From Patescibacteria group bacterium UBA4664 (lineage in GTDB: Bacteria; Patescibacteriota; Saccharimonadia; CAILAD01; BJGX01): 39,207 nucleotides of DNA. The DNA lies in the NCBI GenBank assembly GCA_943354575.1, contig CALRCL010000003.1, positions 1 through 39,207 of the forward strand, in the 5' to 3' direction. The position numbers and the translations under genes were made by a program. A model generated the notes under the pieces. It ran no database searches. It was not told where the DNA came from and saw only the letters and a list, made by a program, of their open reading frames with translations. Below are positions 9,590 to 15,539 of the stretch, in pieces (the first letter of the stretch is position 1; each line of letters opens with the position of its first letter).

Positions 9590-9623
9590 TTTATTTATAT
9601 ACCTTTCTTAAAGGACTCAAGAT

Positions 9624-9709
9624 GATAGTTAGTTTCGGAATCAATTGATCAATTCGTATTAGATCAATCCGTTCCGCCACTATCTATGATTAGCTACGAT
9701 TAGCTACGA
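9624..9709 (-). promoter_or_regulatory. Long irregular hairpin plus 10-bp tandem repeat in the pnp 5' region
   Basis: GATAGT/ACTATC (9624-29/9679-84), CGGAA/TTCCG (9636-40/9672-76), ATTGATC/GATCAAT (9644-50/9662-68); GATTAGCTAC x2 (9688-9707). Confidence 0.6.
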
Positions 9710-9768
9710 GACCTGAGATTATTTATTAAGCATTATTTATTAATTACAATGTACTGACCCGGGAAAAA

Positions 9769-10035
9769 CTATCGGCGTAGTTTGAGCTTTTTGACGAGCG
9801 CTTCGTAACGCTTGGCGTCTTTTTTGCTCAAGTAATCTAGCAATCGGCGTCTTTTGCTGACCATAGCCAGTAAGCCACGACGAGAGTGGTTGTCTTTTTT
9901 GTGCTCCTTGAGGTGCTCGGTCAATTGCTTGATCTGCTCCGTAAAAAGCGCAACCTGAACTTCGGCCGAGCCAGTGTCTTTGGCGTGGATACCGTTGTCT
10001 TTCATTACCTTAGCTTTGATAGTCTTTTGAATCAT
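9769..10035 (-). CDS. rpsO: 30S ribosomal protein S15
   Basis: [38 protein letters not shown]. Confidence 0.98.
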   Translation of the reverse strand: MIQKTIKAKVMKDNGIHAKDTGSAEVQVALFTEQIKQLTEHLKEHKKDNHSRRGLLAMVSKRRRLLDYLSKKDAKRYEALVKKLKLRR

Positions 10036-10065
10036 TATGGGACTATCTTAACAGATACCAGCAAA

Positions 10066-10704
10066 TTAATCAATGCTTAGGGCGTCTTTCAAATCGAATT
10101 GCCCAATTCGAGTGCGCACAATTTTTGTACAATAAGCACCAGTTTTTAGCTCTTCGCCGATCGTGCGAGCCAGCGACCTAATGTAGGTACCAGAGCTAAC
10201 ATCGGCTTTTAAGCTAACATTTGGGTAGTGGTAAGCAATAATTTCAAAACTTGCAATGCTCACCTCGCGGCTGGGCATATCTGGTGTTTGGCCTTGTCGG
10301 GCTAGCTTGTAGGCACGCTGGCCACCAATCTTGATGGCCGAATAAATCGGTGGGGTTTGGGTTATTACCCCTGTTAGGGCTTTTATAACTTCAGCTAATC
10401 TGGCTTTAGTTGGTTTGGCATCAGAGACCTTAGTTTTGTCACCCTCTAGGTCGTCAGTGCTAGAAAACTCACCAAGCTTTATATCAAATTGGTATGTTTT
10501 GTCGAGTTTCGAATAGTCGCCGGCTTGCCTGGTAAATTCCTTACCGACCAAGACTATCAAAAGGCCTTCGGCTTCTGGGTCGAGGGTGCCGGCGTGGCCA
10601 ACCTTTTTGATGCCACTGGTGCGTCGCACTTGAGCCACCATACTAAAACTACTTCGGCCTCGAGGCTTGTTTATTAGGTGTAGTCCTTCTGATTTGATAT
10701 CCAT
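10066..10704 (-). CDS. truB: tRNA pseudouridine(55) synthase, lacking the C-terminal PUA domain
   Basis: KKVGHAGTLDP.AEGLL, QTPPIYSAIKIGG.RAYKLAR, SSGTYIRSLA. Confidence 0.96.
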   Translation of the reverse strand: MDIKSEGLHLINKPRGRSSFSMVAQVRRTSGIKKVGHAGTLDPEAEGLLIVLVGKEFTRQAGDYSKLDKTYQFDIKLGEFSSTDDLEGDKTKVSDAKPTKARLAEVIKALTGVITQTPPIYSAIKIGGQRAYKLARQGQTPDMPSREVSIASFEIIAYHYPNVSLKADVSSGTYIRSLARTIGEELKTGAYCTKIVRTRIGQFDLKDALSID

Positions 10705-10834
10705 AGTTTATATTGTAGCTTAAAAGTTAGCTAAAGTGCGGACTAGGCTTGGGCGGCAGTTGGGCCAATTTTGCCCTGGAAAGGTCCAGGCTTAAAGGCT
10801 TCGTCTGTGTCTTGAAAATCGCCTTTAGACCAAA

Positions 10835-11881
10835 TTAGATCTTTTTTTTTGAGCCGTTGTGTTGGACTTCGCTAGCCTTGGTCTCTGGAGCTTTAGTTTT
10901 TGGAGTATCTTCTGGAGCCTTATTATCTGCAGTACCAATTGCTGACTCGGTTTCGGCAGCTATTTGAGCCTGCTTGATAGCCTCTTTAATGCTAGTTGCA
11001 GCGGTCGCATCCGGAGCTACAGCCTCGATATTGGGCTCTTTAGCAGCAGTTGGAGGCTGAGGGTTGGCGGTTATTGGGTTCGGTTTGTTGTATGGCGCAG
11101 GAGATGATGTAGGCTTGGGAGTATTATTAGATTGCAAAACCCTTACAATCTCTTGCTGTTTGGCGCCAGCTGCTAGCATCTGGGCGGCAACCGTCATAGA
11201 CTTGGCGGTTGTATCTGGGGTAGTAAAGTTGTGGGTGGCAGTAGTAATACCAGTATATAATGCTGTGGCGATCGATTCATCGACCATTCCCTGCTCTAGG
11301 GACTCAAATAGCGATACTAGCATTTCGCAGACTGAGCTAGAGTTTTGATCGATATAATTGACACTACCGTACTCTTCGTTGATGCGATGATAATCGATAT
11401 TAATAAGGTGAAGGCCGTCGAATATAGTTGGGTTTTTTTCGACAATTTTATCGAGTTTTATAATCTGTGGTACGCCTAGCGCAATAACTAAATCGAACTT
11501 AAATGGACCTTGCTCAAAGCTAACATCGCCGGCCTTAAAGTTGCCATTGAGGGGTGTAATCGTGACATCTAGCCTGTCGCCTTCGACATTGTATTTGAGC
11601 TTATCAACCACTACGGAATGCATTGCAACGCTAATTATAAAGTCGCGCACACCCTGGATGTCGTTACTGATAAATTGGGTATCGAAAAGCTCGGCGCTCT
11701 TGGGTAGTGCGTCGGTAATAACAATACTGGCCTGCTTTTGGAGCTTATTTAGTGCTCGCTGGGTAGCGATTGCAGCCGCAAGCTGATCGTTGCTTGGCTC
11801 TCGCCCTGTAACAATCACGATATTGTGAGCTTGCTTAATGAGCTCGCTGGCTTGCTGTTTTGGGGTTAAATCATTTTGCAT
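10835..11881 (-). CDS. DHH/NrnA-family phosphoesterase-like protein with degenerate motifs
   Basis: LINIDYH..N..YG..N, SSVCE, IATALYTGI...T..F; located next to truB as nrnA often is. Motif 1 and DHH are altered; the C-terminal tail is Pro/Ala/Lys-rich. Confidence 0.8.
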   Translation of the reverse strand: MQNDLTPKQQASELIKQAHNIVIVTGREPSNDQLAAAIATQRALNKLQKQASIVITDALPKSAELFDTQFISNDIQGVRDFIISVAMHSVVVDKLKYNVEGDRLDVTITPLNGNFKAGDVSFEQGPFKFDLVIALGVPQIIKLDKIVEKNPTIFDGLHLINIDYHRINEEYGSVNYIDQNSSSVCEMLVSLFESLEQGMVDESIATALYTGITTATHNFTTPDTTAKSMTVAAQMLAAGAKQQEIVRVLQSNNTPKPTSSPAPYNKPNPITANPQPPTAAKEPNIEAVAPDATAATSIKEAIKQAQIAAETESAIGTADNKAPEDTPKTKAPETKASEVQHNGSKKKI

Positions 11882-11928
11882 AATATTTGCGTAGTTATAA
11901 TTATTGTTATCTTCTTAAACAATGGGTT

Positions 11929-11957
11929 ATTATACACGACATAAGCGTTATTGTCAA
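11929..11957 (-). promoter_or_regulatory. Consensus sigma70 promoter of the DHH gene
   Basis: TTGACA (11957-11952), 17 nt spacer, TATAAT (11934-11929). Confidence 0.85.
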
Positions 11958-11979
11958 GGTATAAGAGCCTTCAAGCTCG

Positions 11980-12226
11980 GTGGGGCTACCCCCGCTATAC
12001 TTTCCGCCACAGATCGCTAGTAAATTAGTGAGCTCTGGTGGTCGCCCCAGGGTGGATTCCTGGGGCGTTATTGTTTGGTGACGGCCAGACTTCTCTAGCC
12101 TCACGGAGCTTCCCCGTGATATTGCGGGCGGTTGTTTTACAAGAGTGCCATACTCTTGCCGTTCGAGAGAAGCTTGGGCTGTCGGTCGGGCAGTACCGAC
12201 TGTATGGTACTGGGCTAGCACCCCAC
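11980..12226 (+). ncRNA. Unidentified highly structured RNA candidate (about 250 nt)
   Basis: A long-range closing helix encloses at least five nested hairpins. Most non-Watson-Crick positions are G-U on the + strand. No convincing ORF. Strand is tentative. Confidence 0.55.
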
Positions 12227-12230
12227 ATCC

Positions 12231-12398
12231 TCAATTCTCTCTTCGGAGTCGATGCAAACCATACGCATAGGCAATTGTGATGGTGCCCGCAATTGCTGCT
12301 ACCGCAAACTTAGTCTTGTATGGTGCACTGACCAGCAAGACGTATCCCATGGTGATTATGCAGATCCAAGTCGCCACCTCTAGCAGTCGGAGCTTCAT
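12231..12398 (-). CDS. Small two-TM membrane protein (55 aa)
   Basis: ATG at 12398 with AAAGGAG SD and an extended -10 TGtTATAAT (12443-12435). Sequence MKLRLLEVATWICIITMGYVLLVSAPYKTKFAVAAIAGTITIAYAYGLHRLRREN. Confidence 0.7.
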   Translation of the reverse strand: MKLRLLEVATWICIITMGYVLLVSAPYKTKFAVAAIAGTITIAYAYGLHRLRREN

Positions 12399-12493
12399 TT
12401 TTTCTCCTTTGATGCAAGGTATATTTGCCTCAAAATTATAACATAACCTCAAAATGGTACTTAACAAGTGCGCCTCAATCGTGGCAAATACCC

Positions 12494-12522
12494 TTTACAG
12501 ATGAGGCATTATCAGGTATACT
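12494..12522 (+). promoter_or_regulatory. Putative sigma70 promoter of rpsT
   Basis: TTTACA (12494-99), 17 nt spacer, TATACT (12517-22). Confidence 0.65.
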
Positions 12523-12580
12523 TATGCCTATCACTATTTATTAAGTAATTTACTCTTTAAAAAGAAGGATTAATCGTTAT

Positions 12581-12970
12581 ATGCCAGTAATCAAATCAGC
12601 TATCAAGAGAGTCCGCCAAGAAAAAAAGCGCAAAGCTTATAATATTGGTGTAAAGACATCTGTAAAAGCCAAGTTTAAAGCTGTTCGCGACGAAGTTGCA
12701 ACTGGCAAAGTCAAGAGCAACGAAGAGCTAGTTGCTGCTATTAAAGCTATCGACCAAGCTGTACGCAAGGGCGTTATCAACAAACACAGCGCCGGCCGCA
12801 AAAAGAGCCGCCTAACACTTGCCTACAACTCAGTAGCCGAAAAGGCTTTTGGAACCGAGCCTGCCAGCAAGCCTAAGGCTAAAAAAGCTGCCGTCATCAA
12901 GAAACCAGCTGCAAAAAAAGCTGCTACCATCAAAAAGACAGCTACCAAAAAAGCTGCTCCAAAAAAATAG
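12581..12970 (+). CDS. rpsT: 30S ribosomal protein S20 with Lys/Ala-rich C-terminal tail
   Basis: MPVIKSAIKRVRQ..KR..YN...K, IDQAVRKGVI.K..AGRKKSRL; convergent with holA, the usual arrangement. Confidence 0.95.
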   Translation: MPVIKSAIKRVRQEKKRKAYNIGVKTSVKAKFKAVRDEVATGKVKSNEELVAAIKAIDQAVRKGVINKHSAGRKKSRLTLAYNSVAEKAFGTEPASKPKAKKAAVIKKPAAKKAATIKKTATKKAAPKK

Positions 12971-13008
12971 AAGACTATCAGGCTCTACATACATACCGAG
13001 CTAGCATT

Positions 13009-13037
13009 TAAAAAACCTCCAAAACGGAGGTTTTTTA
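13009..13037. terminator. Bidirectional rho-independent terminator between rpsT and holA
   Basis: TAAAAAACCTCC-AAAAC-GGAGGTTTTTTA. Confidence 0.9.
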
Positions 13038-13055
13038 GTTTTTAGAGCTGGGCTC

Positions 13056-13967
13056 TTAGTTACAAAGGCTATAAAACAGCCCGTTCATGGCTTCTTCGGA
13101 CGACAGTGCACCAGTTTTGGTAGCAATGTCGGCCTCGGCGATGAGCTGATAGGCCCCTGAGATATCTTCGATATCTAGCCCCTTGACCAAAGGCAGGGCT
13201 TTTTGGGTTGAATACGGCGATATTTTGTAGGCCTGATTGAGCTGAGGGTTATTGATAATAACCAGCATCAATACCCGGAACTGATAAATAATAGCCCCTA
13301 GTATCATCTGGTCGGCGTAGCCCTGCAGCTTAAGGCTTTTGTATAATTTTATTACTCGCGGTAAATCCTTACGCACCAAGGCTTCGGCCAAGATGAAGGC
13401 GTTGTTTTCAAGACTCGGCGTAGCCAGCTCGTCGACCGAAGCCCGAGAAATATCGCTGTTGTAGCTGGCCAGCTTGGCTATTTCGTTATGCAAACTCCAC
13501 TGGCTCTCGCCCACTAGGTCGATGAGATAGCCAGCTAGCTGGCTATCGAGCGTAGCACCTGCCCTGTGGGCCTCGACCAGTGCCCATTTTGTTAGCTCGA
13601 CTCGGCTAGGCCGCCTAAACTCCGTAGCGCCCTTAACCTTACTAAGGCTCTTATAAAGAGTGGTACGCTTATCCGGATTGGGGTCGATAATCACCAAATT
13701 GGTACTCTCGCTGGTGTTTTGCAATATAGCATCAATCTGCTTTTGGCTTGGCTTCGATTTGGGTAGATTGGTCAAAACAATCAGCCGACTACTAACAAAC
13801 ATCGGCATCGCGGACAAATTAGCAATCAGACTATCACTACCCTGCTCGAGGGCATCGATAGTTTGCATATCTCCCTCGGATCCTGTTTTTTTGATATATT
13901 GAGATTTTATTAGACTCAGCTGGCGACTGATTGCATAACTATTTTCGCCATATAAATACAAGATCAT
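13056..13967 (-). CDS. holA: DNA polymerase III delta subunit
   Basis: MILYLYGEN.Y, PMF...RLIVL, DKRT..YK, L.NEI.KL..Y, AD...KTG; adjacent to rpsT. Confidence 0.9.
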   Translation of the reverse strand: MILYLYGENSYAISRQLSLIKSQYIKKTGSEGDMQTIDALEQGSDSLIANLSAMPMFVSSRLIVLTNLPKSKPSQKQIDAILQNTSESTNLVIIDPNPDKRTTLYKSLSKVKGATEFRRPSRVELTKWALVEAHRAGATLDSQLAGYLIDLVGESQWSLHNEIAKLASYNSDISRASVDELATPSLENNAFILAEALVRKDLPRVIKLYKSLKLQGYADQMILGAIIYQFRVLMLVIINNPQLNQAYKISPYSTQKALPLVKGLDIEDISGAYQLIAEADIATKTGALSSEEAMNGLFYSLCN

Positions 13968-14035
13968 TTTTAAAACCTCTGCTTTCGAGCTTAATTATAC
14001 TTCATATCAGTGCAGGTGTGGCTAAAAGGTGCTGG

Positions 14036-14923
14036 CTAGCCTGCAAGTTTTGGCACTTTTTGACAGTGTGGACAGATGTGAGTACCCCTGCCTGCGGCGC
14101 GGATCTTGATAATTTTATGCCCGCAGTTGGGGCAAGCGCTACCCTCTTTGCGAAAAACCTGAGCAAATTTTAAGTAGCTGCCTTTGTTGCCCTTGGCATC
14201 GACGTAATTTCGGTCGCTGCTCCCGCCTAAACTAATACTGAGGCTCATGACCTCTCTTACTGCGTTAAAAAGCCTTTTGAGCTTCACAGCGCTAACATCG
14301 CCAACTTTGGTAAGGGGGTGGATTCTGGCCATAAAGAGAGACTCGTCGGCATATATGTTGCCAACCCCGGCCAGTACCGTCTGGTCTAGCAGGGCGGCCT
14401 TGATGCTAGTTTTGGAGCGCTTTTTAAGAGCCGAGCCAAATTGCTCAAAAGTATAGCTATCTTCGAGTGGTTCGGGGCCGAGCTTTTTCAAAAAAGCATT
14501 GTTTTGATACAGGCCGTCGCTTGGCTCGAGCTTGACCCAGCCAAATTTGCGCTGGTCGTTAAAAAATAGCGTGCCGCGGGTAAGCTCCATGATGACCCTT
14601 GTAGATTTGTCGGGAAGTTTATCGACCAAGCTAGCGTTAGGGTGCCCTCCCCCGAAGCCACGGCCAGATTTTGGCCGATACACCAATTGCCCAGTCATCT
14701 TGAGGTGTATCAAAATACTATAACCACTACTTAGTGGCATAATTATAAGCTTGCCGCGGCGCTGAACTGATTGGACTGTGGCACCAATCAGCTTGCTGGC
14801 CATCAGCGCCTCACTTATGGCCAAGCTCTTTGGCCAGTCACAAGTAGCTGATATTACCTTTTGCGTAGGCATAAACTCTTGTAAGCCGAATCGAACTGTC
14901 TCGACTTCAGGCAGCTCAGGCAT
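14036..14923 (-). CDS. mutM: Formamidopyrimidine-DNA glycosylase
   Basis: N-terminal PELPEVET, RRGK, HLKMTG, LLDQ...AGVGNIYADE, C-terminal zinc finger CPNC...CPHCQ. Confidence 0.97.
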   Translation of the reverse strand: MPELPEVETVRFGLQEFMPTQKVISATCDWPKSLAISEALMASKLIGATVQSVQRRGKLIIMPLSSGYSILIHLKMTGQLVYRPKSGRGFGGGHPNASLVDKLPDKSTRVIMELTRGTLFFNDQRKFGWVKLEPSDGLYQNNAFLKKLGPEPLEDSYTFEQFGSALKKRSKTSIKAALLDQTVLAGVGNIYADESLFMARIHPLTKVGDVSAVKLKRLFNAVREVMSLSISLGGSSDRNYVDAKGNKGSYLKFAQVFRKEGSACPNCGHKIIKIRAAGRGTHICPHCQKVPKLAG

Positions 14924-14951
14924 TTGGTGATTTCTGGTTTGAATTGTTCAT
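14916..14951 (-). CDS. Putative leaderless uORF MNNSNQKSPNA overlapping the mutM start
   Basis: TATAAT (14963-14958), 6 nt, ATG (14951); its TGA (14918-14916) overlaps mutM codons 2-3. Confidence 0.4.
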   Translation of the reverse strand: MNNSNQKSPNA

Positions 14952-14977
14952 TAGTCCATTATACCTGATAATTAAGC

Positions 14978-15006
14978 TTTACTTTTATACAATTTTGTTA
15001 TATTAT
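14978..15006 (+). promoter_or_regulatory. Putative sigma70 promoter of the two-gene accessory unit
   Basis: TTTACT (14978-83), 17 nt spacer, TATTAT (15001-06). Confidence 0.5.
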
Positions 15007-15045
15007 GTTTTATTGAAATCCGTACCTACTACCGAAAGGTGTTTG

Positions 15046-15150
15046 TTGTCCAGAGCGAGTATTCCAGAGACAATAAAAACTTTAGCAGCCGTCGCGACCA
15101 TCTGCATTGCCGCCATGGCATGCATGATTGTCGTCATTAGCCTGCCCTGA
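15046..15150 (+). CDS. Small single-TM peptide (about 34 aa)
   Basis: GAAAGGTG SD-like sequence before TTG; (M)SRASIPETIKTLAAVATICIAAMACMIVVISLP. This is the 3' part of ORF 14944-15150. Confidence 0.5.
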   Translation: MSRASIPETIKTLAAVATICIAAMACMIVVISLP

Positions 15151-15166
15151 ACCATGAGGAGCTACC

Positions 15167-15517
15167 GTGTCTTATATCAGCAGAAGCAAGCTTGAAGGCC
15201 ACGGCCTTGTCGCTAAACTCATCAGAATGACAAAACGGCTCGACCTGTATAGCTACCAGGAGCAGCAAATTGTTAATACAAAACGGTCACAAAAAATGAT
15301 TGTTCGTTTCATGCACGAACACCAAGTAATGTTTTTTGAGTTTGAGGGCTTTGGCGACCTGCTCGGTCAGGAAGCCACCCTCTACTCAGGGAATGTTGAA
15401 ATATCGAGTGGATTTATTGGAATCAATAACGATGTCTCGCTCTACTATCGATGTCCACTACCAAAAGGTGGTATCTCAGTTACCGTTGCCAATCCCAACG
15501 AGCCTAGCTTTTATTAG
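15167..15517 (+). CDS. Hypothetical protein (116 aa)
   Basis: GAGGAG SD before GTG; fills the mutM-polA gap; ends in a terminator hairpin. Confidence 0.7.
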   Translation: MSYISRSKLEGHGLVAKLIRMTKRLDLYSYQEQQIVNTKRSQKMIVRFMHEHQVMFFEFEGFGDLLGQEATLYSGNVEISSGFIGINNDVSLYYRCPLPKGGISVTVANPNEPSFY

Positions 15518-15537
15518 CTAGGCTCGCTTTATTTATT
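15499..15537 (+). terminator. Rho-independent terminator overlapping the stop codon
   Basis: CGAGCCTAGCT-TTTATT-AGCTAGGCTCG followed by CTTTATTTATT; lies between convergent genes. Confidence 0.8.
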
Positions 15538-15539
15538 GG

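Noticed and set aside
11982-12227. tmRNA or tRNA-Ala identity for the structured region (5' GGGGCTA ... TAGCACCCCA 3')
   Set aside because: Position 3:70 would be G-A rather than G-U, and there is no T-loop (TTCRA), no correctly placed NCCA end and no tag reading frame.
11907-12280. ORFs 11907-12221, 12025-12234 and 12038-12280 as proteins
   Set aside because: No convincing SD or domain; one runs through the DHH promoter. Dense base-pairing explains the region better, although 12025-12234 (TTG overlapping the upstream stop) cannot be fully excluded.
12428-12478. Repeated CCTCAA(AAT) words upstream of the small membrane gene
   Set aside because: Short, irregularly spaced (19 and 26 nt) and plausible by chance; not enough to call an operator.
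14986-15013. dif-like sites (TTATGTT XerD-arm lookalikes at about 15003, 12445 and 29688)
   Set aside because: No XerC arm at 6-bp spacing; the matches coincide with AT-rich -10 promoter elements.
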